This document shows, one piece after another, positions 25,712 through 39,500 of a DNA stretch of 64,000 nt. The stretch comes from Geosiphon pyriformis uo1. Taxonomy: Eukaryota > Fungi > Glomeromycota. Position 1 is the first letter of the stretch. Each line of letters starts with the position of its first letter. The translations under genes and the position numbers were made by a program. Where the stretch lies: assembly GCA_016748015.1 (NCBI GenBank), contig JAAOMT010000067.1, positions 1 to 64,000 on the forward strand. The letters run 5' to 3'. Under the pieces are notes generated by a model. The model had not been told where the DNA came from and ran no database searches. It saw only the letters and a program-made list of their open reading frames with translations.

Positions 25712-27990
25712 TCAAATGTCGTATCTTGTATCTTTTTGAAATTTTTTTTTTCTACAGATAGATTCATTTAAGTTATAGTTATCGTGAGCAGCAATAAATC
25801 TTTGTTGAAGTTCTGCACTATCACGGCAATGCGATTTATCATCCCAATTTTTTTCAATCATTTCCTGAATACATTGAGGTGTATGCTTTTCGATTAAAGG
25901 GCGCCTTTTCTGAATTGTATATAATTGAATGGACATAAATATACTTGGTATGAGCCTCCAAGTTACAAATTTCAGATGCTAGGTATCGAACAACACTAAA
26001 AGTTTCCCCAGGCTGTGGAATCCTAGGTCAGCAATGGCAACTTTTAAGGGGTTTGTTTTCAATACAAGAATATTTCCAGGATGTAAGTCGCCATACACCA
26101 GATTTGAATAATGTATAAATCTTAGGCCACTAGCGATTTGGAAAAGAATACGAAAAAACATTTCCCAAGTAAGAGTGGTTTCGTTCATCTTGAGAAAAGC
26201 TCTAAGGTCCCCGTGTTCCGCAAATGGTAAAACCATAATAAATTCATCGGTTATAGCATCTTTAATTATTCCATAGCATTCAAGAATGTATTTGCAAGGG
26301 GCACAGTCAAGATGAGCAATAAACTATTTCAATACGTTTTCTAGTGTTAGAAAAAGAAAAGGGAATAATAAAAATCAAAAAATTTTCTAAAACAAAATTA
26401 CCTCGATGGAATTGACAAATTCTATGTTTTGGGTATTTTTGAGACATTTCAAAGCAACTCTCGTAACCCCACTTCTCTCATACTTTTGATTTTTCTTGTC
26501 CCAAAATAGAATTTTCCCTCTCTCCCAGCTGCCTTCTTTAACGACACCAAACCCTCCCGCTCCTACTACCTTTTCTAAAAATGTGATCTGATCGGGAGAA
26601 ATCCATTCCAAGCAGCCTCTGCTGCTTTCAGAAATATTCTGTGTATGGTTTATAAAATAATCAATATTATTATTTCCGCTATTCCATGTTCCTCGCATGT
26701 TTGATAATCGTGCTAATTCACAAGATTTACACCATAGTGGATCTTTTAATGTGCGATAGCATTCTGGACATTTCGACAACCCGGCTTCAAACACATTATC
26801 ACTTTTATCAATATCAGAAAATGGACATATAGGAGATCCAATAATAGTTATAGCCAAGTTACCACACTTAAGACACTTGAATTCATCTGAAAGCTTGTCA
26901 AAGAAAGCTTCAAATCTAAAAACACTCCTCTAGAATTACCCGAGCATTTTAAACCTCAATTTTGTAATTGCAAAATGAAACGTTCTAGGTCATTTTGATC
27001 CTGTAAAGTGAGGTAAAAGGTATTCAAATCAGGAAAATCACTTTGATAACTTAAGTTATTTTTTTCTGCTGCTTTCAAATAGATCTCAAGTGCTTTTTCT
27101 AGGTTTTTTGTGGTCCCCCATCCATTTTGATAACACCATCCAAGATTGTATTGTTCATATTGATTTCCAGCCTGTGTTGCTTTTAAATAGAATTAAAATG
27201 CTTCTTGTAAATTTTTCGCTGTTCCCAGTCCATTTGGATAATATGCTCTAAGGTTGATTTGCCCACGTAAACTTCCCGCCTCTGCTGCTTTTGAATAGAT
27301 TTCAAATGCTTTTTCCTCATTTTTCGTTGTGCCCCATCCATTTCGGTAACAAAGTGCAAGATTGTTTACTGCTTTAGAATAGAGTTCAAATGCTTTTTCG
27401 TAGTTTTTCGTTGTTCCCCATCCATTTTGATAGCAAAGTGCAAGATTGTTTAGTGCATTTGTATTACCCGCCTCTGCTGCCGCTGAATAGAGTCCAAATG
27501 CTTTTGCCACATTTTTTGTCGTTCCCCATCCATAGAAATAACAGTTTCCAAGATTGCTTAGTGCATTTTTATTACCCGCATCCGCTGCTTTTGAATAGAG
27601 CTCAAATGCTTTTCCTCGATCTTGTGAAGTACCGATTCCATTATTATAATAATAACCTAAGAAGAATTGTCCAAAAGAATTGTTTGCCTCCGCTGCTTTC
27701 TGAAATTCTAAAAATGTTTTTGTTAAATTAGGAATAGTTCCAATCCCATGTTCTAAAGAAAAGCCGAGCAAAATATAGTCTATCAAACGTTTTAAACTTT
27801 TATTATTCAAGCAATTGAATAAGTCTTCAGGTGTTTTCTGATTGCGCACAAGATACTTTTTCACTAAGTTAGCAACTTTTGAATATTCCCTAGCTGGTAA
27901 AATGTGCACATTTTCTTTGTTGACAATTAATGCTCCTTCAAACCAATCGACCGGTGAAGTTGGATTTTCAATTGATGAAGTTGGAGACAT
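25712..27990 (-). pseudogene. Sel1-repeat + tyrosine-kinase-like protein kinase gene, disrupted
   Basis: Sel1 repeats (NLGxCY..GWGTTKN..KAF..YSKAAEAG) continue in frame past TAA at 27193-27195; frameshift ~26950; Cys-rich linker (CPEC..WCKSC); kinase motifs GAGGFG, VALK, GDLHPGNIL, ADLG followed by a frameshift and loss of much of the C-lobe. Confidence 0.85.
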
Positions 27991-30773
27991 GATTTTCAAG
28001 TAATAAAAGTCATTTTCACAAAATCAAATCAGCACTGACTTTTATACTCAATATGTGATCGACAGATGATCACATGAATTTAAAATTAAATATATATATA
28101 AACATTTATCATTTTTCTTAAGATTATTTTTTTCTCACCCTTTTAATTATTAATATTATTTTTTAGGTTTTCATCTTTCCAATTAATTTCCTTCTAGTTA
28201 ATTATCCTTTCAATTAGTGATTATGAATACATTATTTTGTATGAATCATTACTTGCTATTAAGCCTATATTTATTTTTTGAAAAACTTGATTCTCTTAAA
28301 AATATGATTATTTTGCGGATTTATTGTTAATTTTTTTGATAAATTAAGTGAATACTCGAATAGCTCTTTATTTAAAAACCATTTCATTCACATATTGGCA
28401 ATTTCGCTTTCAGTTTTTATATATATTTAAAGAGTTTGATTCTATATAACAAGGAACAAATGGTCATCTAAGACTGAAAATTTCTAGAACTTTTCTCAAT
28501 AAAGTGTCTTATTTTTTGTTTGTTTTCCTATTAATAGAAGTTGACCTGTGTTTGATACTTTATGATTGAAAGCGAAATCACTGAATTGAGTATGTTATTA
28601 GTTTGTCTGTCAAGGCTTTTCATTTAATTTTATTTGTAAAAACGGCACCATTTTTCGGTTCTGTTATTGATTAATAGAATTTGCTATATAATAATTAATT
28701 GAATTGAAAATTCAAACTGTAATTTTCGACTCTATTTGATTTTTATTTGCTAATTCTAATAATAATACAATTTATTTAATTAATAAAAAATTGTTTTTCA
28801 TAGCATCAAATATTTATAAAGTCTATGCAAACTTCTACTAGCGAAGAATTTCGCTTTTCTCAAATTAAACTCCAAATCATTTCATTAGAAAACTATATCT
28901 TAGATTGCAGAGTTAATTTTAATAAACACCTACGTTACAGTTGCCAAATGGTTTGAAACTTTATTCATGACCGACACCTAAAATATTTTAAATACAGAAT
29001 ATTTCATAGCAAAGAATACCTTTGGTAATGGAGATATTGGTGTGGAGAAGATAAATTATACTACAGGTGAATTGTATATAATATGTGCATTGAAAAAACT
29101 CAAACAGTAAATATTATTTATAAATAATATAAAGCATTATTTTGGTTTGTATATTTAACTTTGTCAATTGAGATTCCTTATTTTTTCTTGATTTGAATAA
29201 TTAAAATATTTTTATATTGTTTTCAATAATTTTAATCAATGTTCTGTTCTCAATTAAATATCTTGTTAAATAAAATAAATGTTAATAAAAGATTACAAGA
29301 AATGATTTATTTTTTATTCAATTTGTTTTAAGTAATTTGTCGAAATACGGATTAAAGAAAATATTACAAAAAATTAGTGTAAATATACTGTATTTATTGA
29401 AAAAAGTAGAAATTGTCGTTTTAGAAAAACCATGTTATATAATTATTGTTATTAGCAATAATATCAATTTTTTTTTTCAGGTGAGTATTTTCAAAAATAA
29501 TTAAAAGCCCAAATAACTATTGTAGTTTTCAGTATTTGGTTACTATATAATTTTTTTGACAAATTTGAAAGTTCTACTGGTATAGACTATTAATTTTTTT
29601 TTAATAATATTTAATTAAAATGGAATATCAAACTTTCATAAAAAGCTAAAGTTGAAAATGTTTTAAGTTTAGTTGTGTTTTAAGAAATTAGAAAACTGTG
29701 TATTTTTGTTGATTTTTTCAAAATCAAATTTGATTTATTTTGACTAATAATGTAACCAAAAAATACCAAATTTTTTTTAAAGTAACATTTTTCAATGCTT
29801 AAATTTGATTTTACGTTTTATATATATTAAAAAACTTGTAAATAATACAAATTAGCTTCAAAAATCAAAAATCAAAAATCAAAAATAAATATTAGTTTTA
29901 TTAAGAAAAACAACTACGAATTTTAATAAATTTCTAAATATACGAGATTTATAAAACATTGAAATATTGTTAATGCATTAATTAAACCAAAAAAACATAA
30001 TATTAAATTTATAGTTTTTTCTTTTTAAGTAATGAAAACTGTTTTTTCAATTTTTTCAATTTATTTCAATTTATCAATAACTTTTAACCATATTTAGAAT
30101 TAAGAATTATTTAAAATTTCCAAAAATATCTAATTTATTAATAATTTAAAATAAAAAAGTAACAATTTTTTTGGTAATATTGTTAAATTTTCTATAATTA
30201 ACACAAATGATGAGTTTTCTGTTTTTTTTTAACAAAGACAACTAAATAAGATTTATTAGTTTATTAGAAATTAAATAAGATTATTATTAAGCATTTATTA
30301 GATTTTATTTTTGATAAATTAGTAATTGGTAATTGGTGGATGATACTTGATTTATTGGTGGGATTGTAGTTTTTATGTTAATTTGGAAACTATTTTTTTT
30401 TGGTAACTGTGTAATAATTTCTAATTAAAATAAAAGTAATAATTATTTTTGATTGAAAGTAAGAATGATCAATAAATAAATTAGGCATTTTAATTGAAAA
30501 TTACCAATAATTTAAAAATAAAAAATTATTTGTACAGATTTTTGATTATATAAATCTTTGAGCTTAATATGTCAATTATTTAGACAATTTAAATATAAAA
30601 ATTGGTTAAAAAAAGAGAATAAATAATTAATTACAGTATTTTTTTGAATAAAGAAGAAGAAGAAGAAGAAGAAGAAAAATAATAATAAAACTTTTATAAA
30701 GCATAAAAAGCTATAGGTTAATAACAATAAAAATAATTAAATTTAAAGGCTAGAATTCTATTTACATGGTATT

Positions 30774-32430
30774 TTATTTATTCGTCTTCTGAGGTTTAAC
30801 TGGTGACCATTTGGTTTGAACACGGAACCAAATAAAGATGCCGTAAATTCGAGAAATTAAATTCATGGTCAAAATTATTGAGCTCATAGTAAGACTTATT
30901 AGAGGAATAATATTATAGGCAAAGGTGTTTCGATAATAAATAACCTATTTGAAAATAATTATTGTAATATATTTTAATCTAATCAAGCATTGAAAATTTC
31001 ATTTAGCTAAAAAAGTACCTGAATTATAAATTGTGAAACATCCTCAATGAAAATATTAATACCACTACTCCAGAAGATTAAATTTTCAACTCTTTTGGAT
31101 ATTGGAGCATTAAAAAAATCGAGGTTAGCGTACTTTGAATAGAAGAGATTTAGAGCGTCAATATCAGCAGCAGATAGCAAAGTAAATAATAACTAGAAAA
31201 AGAATGCTGATTGATAAAAGAATTAATAAAATTTTCGCAGATTTTAAAAAATTTATTAAAGATTTAAAAATTTTGAGGATTATCTTGGTAAAAATAAGTT
31301 TTTCACATCTTTTCCATTATTTATAACAAATATGATGTTGACTACAACATCGAATAGAATTAATATAATAGAAACAAATATATAATTTTTACCTTAAAAA
31401 TTATAAAAAGTTATTTAATTTACCAGCAATAATTTTAATATATACTGTAATTACATAAAATCAGTGAAATACCTCGAAATTTTTCTTTCTTCCTATAAAA
31501 TATAGAACCATTAATATTATTGCAATAACAGTAATTGCAATTAAACTAAATTTATATTTATCCCAATGATTCGCTAAAGAAATAGTGTAAGTACAAATGC
31601 ATTTGTTAGATGATATGTAATTTAATCTTGAAGATTAATTATGTTCGTCACCCACGTTTAACTTGGAACCCGTAAGTCTCATATAATAAACTCGTATATG
31701 AATGAATTCTAATGGGAGTGAACCATTTATTTTTAACCATTGTATGCAATTTTCATAGGATTTCTTTCCAATTTATCGTTTATTGAAGAAATTTTGAGTT
31801 TTAATATTTCGTCCTTAATTATCAGTCTTATGATTAATTATTTTGATAAGATGCCTTTTAACCGGAATGGTTAAAGCCAATTGAACTGAAAAATTCATGT
31901 TCCTTTTTAATCTTTTTGAAATTCTAAAAAGTCGTGGTTCCATTTGTATTCAGACGCAAAATTCCAGTCAGGGTAGCTTAAATCAATAATAAACATTATG
32001 TATTTTAGTTAGACGGTGACGTTCAAAAATTTTCTAATAGGAAATAAATATTCTTACCTGTATGTTTGCTTTTTTCTGGTGATCCTAAAAGATTCTATCG
32101 CCGAAATGAACCAACGAACGACCGAACGAACGAACGAATGAATGAATAAATAAATAAATAAATAAATAAATTAATAAATCAATAAATTTTCATATTCTAC
32201 CAAAAGATAATTAGAATTAAGAGGATAAATGTTAGTTATATATTATTCTTGTCTCCATAATCTTTTTCTTCGTTTCGAGAAAATTGGCTGTTAGATGTAA
32301 GCTTAAAGTATGCGGAAAAACTGTAACGTTTATCAAAACACCCAAACATAATTGTTCCATCTTGCTTGAAATAGATTATTTTGCCAATGGAATGACATCC
32401 CTTTGAATCAATTGGATATACCATTTTATT
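30774..32430 (-). pseudogene. Degenerate multi-exon member of an expanded multi-transmembrane protein family (EDxPQ-type C-terminus)
   Basis: Minus-strand exon translations mostly absent from the ORF track: TGILRLNTNGTTTF*, MVKNKWFT..YGFQV, NHWDKYKFSLIAITVIAIILMVLYFIGRKK, GKNYIFVSIILILFD..NNGKDVKNLFLP, FTLLSAADIDAL..FFNAPIS..IFWSSGINIFIEDVSQFIIQ, VIYY..YNIIPLISLTMSS. Internal stop, frameshifts and an apparently mutated splice donor. 5' boundary uncertain. Confidence 0.7.
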
Positions 32431-33315
32431 CATTAATGAACTCTTACTAATTGAAATAATCAAGAAGTAATGATTAAAATAAACGGCAAAGAAAAATTGC
32501 TTCACTTTTAAAAAAAAGTTGTTTTTCTTTGCGAAGTACTTTTTTTGAATGGGTTGATTTTTTTGTTTTACTAACAAATTTTTATTTCTTAAATATTATA
32601 TCATTTAAAAATCTTAAAATCAAATATAGTTAAAATTACATTCATATCATGCTAACTGGAAGGATTGCTATAAAATCTAAAAATATTAATTCTTTGATAT
32701 TGTCTTTTTGAAGTTAGACAAGACCTGGGTTAGATTTTATGAAAATTAGTCTAATCAAGTGGATTGAATCAACTACTCACCTAAAATTGTAAATATAAAT
32801 ATTTATATAAACATTTAAAGCTTATTAAAAAATGGATAAAATAATAATTATTAATCAACTAAATCTAAACCCTTAAGGTAATTAGGATCAAATAATTATT
32901 TTATAAATAATTATTCATACAACTTAAATTAAATATAGTTAACTATCAATAATATGGTGATGTTTCGTATAATATGGCAGCCATTTATAATTTAGGGATT
33001 GCTTTATGAACCATAGAAAAAATACTAATGGATCACCCTCCTTTAAACACATTGAAATAGAAAAATAAAGCAAGTTTGATTCATAAAAAACATAGCTATT
33101 CTATATTGATATCATTTATTATATGAAAAACTCAACAATTAATACATTAATGTTGATGAAAGTTCAAAAACAGAAACGTGTTTAAATAGGCCAAATTTAT
33201 TTTAATAATAACTGAAAAAATATTTATTTCCTAGTGAAGAAAAAATGGCCAGTTTATTCAATGTGAATTAACAAGACAAATACTTTAAAATACTTATTAT
33301 TTGAAACGTTATATA

Positions 33316-34483
33316 CAGGGGGGTATAAAAAGTATTGGACACTTTTATAATATGTTATATAAAAGAACTAACTTATAATTCGTTAATTTTTTATTATTAT
33401 ATTAAAATACATGTTAGTATTTTGTTTGACCCCCATTTGCTTCAAGAATAGCTTGAACTCGACATGGCATAGACTTGATCAAATTACGATAGTAATTTAC
33501 AGGTATCGCATCCCATTCTTCCTTAACCCACCATTCCAATTGTACAATATTTGAGGGTTGTGAATTACATTGACAAATTTTAACTTCAATATATGATCAA
33601 AGATTTTCTATTGGAGTAATATCNNNNNNNNNNNNNNNNNNNNNNNNNNNNNNNNNNNNNNNNNNNNNNNNNNNNNNNNNNNNNNNNNNNNNNNNNNNNN
33701 NNNNNNNNNNNNNNNNNNNNNNNNNNNNNNNNNNNNNNNNNNNNNNNNNNNNNNNNNNNNNNNNNNNNNNNNNNNNNNNNNNNNNNNNNNNNNNNNNNNN
33801 NNNNNNNNNNNNNNNNNNNNNNNNNNNNNNNNNNNNNNNNNNNNNNNNNNNNNNNNNNNNNNNNNNNNNNNNNNNNNNNNNNNNNNNNNNNNNNNNNNNN
33901 NNNNNNNNNNNNNNNNNNNNNNNNNNNNNNNNNNNNNNNNNNNNNNNNNNNNNNNNNNNNNNNNNNNNNNNNNNNNNNNNNNNNNNNNNNNNNNNNNNNN
34001 NNNNNNNNNNNNNNNNNNNNNNNNNNNTTCTTTATTCTCCATTATTGAATATTTGAGTTGTTCACGTGCGCGTTTGTCAAGAATTTGTGGTCGGCCCGTT
34101 CGTTTTTTAGGAAGTTTTTTTAGTTCGTATGACTTCCATACACGTATTACAGAAGAACGTGAACATCCAATAGTCGTGGAAATCTCACTGTTTGTATGTC
34201 CTAACTTTATTGCTGAAATAATCCCTCTTTTTTGGTATTCAGAAAGTTCTTTTCCAAGACACATTTGATGCGGTAAATTTTTTCACAACAAGAATGTTTG
34301 ATATTTTATATATACGCGTATGATCCACTGTTGTGTTTTACAAGGACGCGATTTATGTTGATTTGTAGATTATAACTATAAGTAATTATAAAAAAAATTA
34401 TGGCTTAAATTGATAATGGTATTACTATATATAGCCTTTTTTATATATTATATTAAGTGTCCAATACTTTTTATACCCTCCTG
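33316..34483 (-). mobile_element. Tc1/mariner DNA transposon with 29-bp TIRs and TA target-site duplication
   Basis: TIRs 33316-33344 (caggggggtataaaaagtattggacactt) and 34455-34483 match at 28/29, each flanked by TA. Transposase from 34264 (HTH, ..RTGRP..) through the gap to DITPIENL*...EEWDAIP...LIKSMPCRVQAILEANGGQTKY; the conserved Trp codon is TGA. Confidence 0.93.
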
Positions 34484-35160
34484 TATATTTGATCATTTAA
34501 AATAAATTCACTACGAGTTGATTATCAAAAAAATTGTACATTAAATTTTATATCAATAAAATCTGTTGCTTTTAGCCTTTCGAACAATATACACTAATTA
34601 TACATTTTATGAAATTCTAATTAAACTTATATTAACACCTAATTTTTTTTGTATAATTTTTCTTTATAAATTTATTTGTATTTTTGATAAAAATTTTTTG
34701 TGAAAACTACAAAACATTATAATTTTTAACATGCAAAATTAAAATTACAAGTCACCATTCTGTATTTCAGAAAATGTAAACCCATTTTCTATTGTTGTCT
34801 AATAAGAAAAAAAAAATTTAATCGTATAATTAATCGAGAGAATATTATTCACGTTATTTCTGGTGGATTTTGATTTGAATAAAGAAAACTTCTAAAAAAT
34901 ACTAATATGTCGTATGATAAGTGTTTTTGGAATATTATCTTTCCAAAAATGCAATTTAACTTACAGTGGGAATTTCTTGAAACTTCGAAATAAAATTAGT
35001 TTTAATGGACTTGGGGTATATAAAAGTTTTCTGTTAAAAGAACTTTAATGATAAAAAATTTCCTGCAGCAGGTTGATCATTTATGGTAACCAATGCATAT
35101 TAATATTAATATACAATTTAAATACCATTCACTTATTTTAAAACTTTTCATTTCTCTACA

Positions 35161-36519
35161 ATGGCACCCCAACAACTCTTTCACGCTTTATCTCACGATT
35201 TCGAGAGCTTATTGAATAGTCAGAATTTTTCTGATGTTAGGATTATTATTGGCGAAGCGCCTAATACTAGAACTTTTCATGTTCATTCTCAAATTTTAGC
35301 AGCAAGATCCTCGTATTTTGCTACAGCACTCTCTGGTGATTGGGTTAAAAGAGAAAATAACACTATCGTCTTTTCTAAACCTAATATATCGCCAGATATT
35401 TTTGACGTAATTCTTCGGTGAGTAATTTTGTTTGCTTAATATTTCTATTCATGAATATTTACTTTTTTTTTTATTTATCTAGATACATTCATAGTGGTGA
35501 AATATCTCTTAATGAACACGGACCACTTACAATCTTAGAATTGCTTATTGCCGCTGACGAGCTTATTCTAGAAAAACTTATTGATCACCTTGAAGATTAT
35601 TTAATTGAACACTATGCAAAAGAGTTGGAAGAAAATTTTGTCACCTTTCATGAAACATCCTTCATCCATCAATCGTTCAAAAAGCTACAAAAGTTCTGCA
35701 CCGAAATAACTGTCAACAATCCGGCCGCAGTCTTTAACTCTCAAGATTTTATCTCCCTTAATAAAAATGCTCTTTGCTCAATTTTATCCCAGGATGATAT
35801 AAATATGGAAGAAAGTAAAATATGGGAAAAGATTATAGAATGGGGAGTCGCTAAATTAAGCAATGACATTCAATTGGAAAAACTTCTTAATTGGACAGAT
35901 GAAAACTTTGAAGCTTTTAAGGAATCTATTGGAGAACTTCTACCTTTAATCCGGTTCTTTAACATCTCTTCAGTTGACTTTTATCATAAAGTAAAGCCAT
36001 TTGCGAGGATTTTACCTGGAAGCTTATATGAAGACCTTTTACACCATTATCTAGTACCGGGTAGTCATCAAGAGTCTGTGGATGCTCAGCCATTACGGTT
36101 TCCACGATCAAAAATTGAATCAAGGCTTCTTCAACCACACAATATAAAGCAGCTTGATCACTGGATTCAAGGCAAAGACAAAAATAGTTCTTTTCAAAAC
36201 CAACTTGGAAATGATTTTAAATTACTACGTCGAGGCAGTCGAGACGGATTCTCACCAAATAATTTCCCTTGGAGATGGCAAAGCTCAAAACGCTAAACTT
36301 AGCAAGTTTATTAGGGGAAATGGACTCTTGGGTCATAAAGAGTTCGGGCCCCAATTTGGCTATAATAGTATTCGAACCTATAGTAATAATTTTCAAATTA
36401 TTCCATGCAGTTGTATAAAGGAAACAAATTATGAACACGTTATAATGCCAGGGTCAGAAAATACAGCGGTAGAATATTTTTTTGATGAGTATGAAGTTTT
36501 TCAAATTATCAAAAATTAA
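35161..36519 (+). pseudogene. BTB/POZ-BACK-TLDc protein with frameshifting deletion in the TLDc domain
   Basis: Exon 1 35161-35417, intron to 35482, exon 2 from 35483. SDV.I.IGE, F.VHS.IL.ARS.YF, KPNISP.IF, DD..MEE..IW...IEWG, IRFF, FKLL.RGSRDGF, then a jump to another frame (SLGDG..GPQFG..EYEVFQI) with the central TLDc strands missing. May still yield a truncated BTB-BACK protein. Confidence 0.85.
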
Positions 36520-39500
36520 ATTACTCCATAAGATATTTTTTAAAGATATGCTAAATAAGACTCCCAACTTTGGAATTTGTACCTACAGCATCTTTTATAG
36601 CCTATCGCTCTAAGGCCCTGACCCAAGAAATTCGAAATTGCAAATGAAATATTTTTTAAACCCAGTAAATTCTGAATAGGTTTACCTTATGAATTTTTTT
36701 TTAGAGATACAATATATTTTGATAGAGAGCAATCTAAGTTTAGATTTTATATATGAGATTCAGGAGCAGCCGAAGTATAGATAAAATGAGCTAATTTATT
36801 ACCAAGCTCAAGAAAGTCTGGGACAATTATTTGAGGTTAGGGTAAACGAAAGCCATATTGGATTTAGGCTAAAATAGAAAACACTATGAATACTCAGGAC
36901 GTATTATATACTTAAATTTCAGCCATTTATTGTTTTTGTAAAAAAAACAAGAATCTCAACGTAAAGGCTGTTAGTACTCAATAAATAAACATCAAATAAT
37001 TGGTAATAATTGTTTGAATTTCAATTTATAAGTTACTAAGCAATTTAAAAAGTACAATATGTAGAAATTACTTAAAGATTTAATACTCAATCTAAACAAC
37101 AAAAGATTTAGTTAAAACCAAATAGACTTGTTAGATTTAAAATAAAACAAATTAAATAATTGTTTGTAAAACTTTTTAAGAATTTTTTATTCAATTGCAG
37201 TTTGTAAGATCGTTTTCCTAAAACTTTATACAATTAATTATTCTATTAAATTATAGGTATAAGAATAATAAGATAACAATAAAAAACATATTATTCAAAA
37301 TTTTAACTAGATTTTGAAACCTTTTACTAATGAAAATTTGACCCAAAAATTAAAAAAAATTTTTTTTTATATCCTATAATTATTTAACATTAATTATACA
37401 AAACTTTGAATTATGCAATATTGAAAAGTTTATAAAATATAAATAGTTTGTTAAAATCTTCATAAAATAATACTATTTAAAATAAATTTAAAAAAAAACC
37501 TTTTAATTCAAAAAATATATTTCTTAAGCCAAAAAGAAAATATTTTATAAAATTATAGTTTAAATTAAGCAAATAATGTGAATTTTACTTTAAAAAATTA
37601 TCAATATTGTTAAATTAATAAAAATTAATAAGTTTAAAAAAATTTAAAGTGATTAAATTGTTTTCAAAAGTTTTATAATATTCAAAAATAAAAAACAATT
37701 TATATCTTTAAATAATTTATCACAATTTTTAAAACATTTTATTAAAATAGAAAATTAAATAATGCTTATGATTGTAATAAAACAGTTTGTTATTTAAAAT
37801 TAGAACTCTTTAAAATTTTTCAATATATTACTGTCAATACAAAAAAGTTAATAAAAATATTTTTATTTATTTGCAAAAATATTTTTTTATTAAGATATGA
37901 TGTTGAAAATACATAAAATTACGTTTTATTAATTAAACAAAAAAAATTTTTTATTAAGATATGATGTTGGAATTACTTAAAATTTTTTTTTTTTATATTT
38001 ATTAACGAGTGCAGTTACTTAAAATTACGTTTTATTAATTAAACAAAAAAAACTTTTAATACAAAACTATAAAGTTGTATTAAAAGAAAAAAAATGTTTT
38101 AAAAAAACAAATTTGATTTAACATATAATTAAAACCAAATTAATTTAACTAATTTATATAAAGTTTTATCAATTTAATTAATAAAATAAATAAAATAAAT
38201 AAAAAAACTTGGATTTATATATAAAACCAAGAAAAAATAAGTATTTTTAATTAGAATAGTATCTAAAAAAAACCTTATAATTTATATTGACTATTGTTAA
38301 ATAAATACAAATATTGATTAAAATTTCAACTTAAATTTTAATATTAAGAATATATTGTTATCTAAATAGAAAAACTATTTAATTAAAAAAAAAATGTGAC
38401 CAATATGTAATTATAAAAAATAATATAGAATAATACAATATAACTAATAATAATATAAAATAACACAAAATAGTATAAAATAACAATTATAACTAGTAAT
38501 AACAAAATAATATAGAAAATAACAAAGCTATTAAGCTTTTAAAAACTACTTTATAGAACTGAAAAAATATATATATAAAAATAGTTTTAGATTAAATAAA
38601 AAAGAAAGCTTAAGTATTAAACAATAAAAAAAGATTCAAACTTAATTAGAGTAAATAAAATTATTTTAAACAAAATTTTCTTATAATAATTTATAAATTA
38701 AAATTGACAAATTATTTTTAGAGATTATTGATTAATTTAAAAAAGCTAAAAGTAAATATTAATATAATTTAACTGTTATGAAAAATAATTTAACATGATA
38801 ATAATCTGATAAAAACTTTTAATAGTAAAATAAAATAAATATTTAGAAACAACAGATTAATTAACTTATAAGAAGAATGAAAAAACAATGTTAGATTCTA
38901 TCGATTTTAATTAAAGTAACATAAAGTAACTTATACACTATCATCATAATTATTGTATTAATATTAACTATCCTGCCACAAAAAAATACTTTTATATTTC
39001 TGTTTTTTATAAAAAAACATTTACAAATAATTATGAATAGAATTAATTACAACTTTTAAATATTAGAAAAATTTTAAAAACTAATATTATATAAAACACC
39101 AAATATTCGTAACATTTGGTGTTTTTTATCAAGTATAATTCACAAAAGTGGAATATTATTAACAATTTATTGTTAAAATAACAAAATTAGAATATACTAA
39201 AACAAATTATTTTTATTTGTCCAGGTATTTTACAACCACTTTTAAAAAAACTTGAAATTATCTTACAATTACATCTTTACTAAATTAGTGTTTATTTTTA
39301 ATATTTATAAATATATTAATTACTCTATAAAAAAAAGAAAAAATCCAGATTCAGCCAAACAAAATTTATTCAAAAAGCTTTGTTAATATTTTAAAAAACA
39401 CTATTTTTACAACTTTGTAAATAGATTTGTAGAAATTCATTAAAAGTAGCAAGATATACCAGAAAATATTTTCTGTTAACAATTAAAAAAACTACAACTA

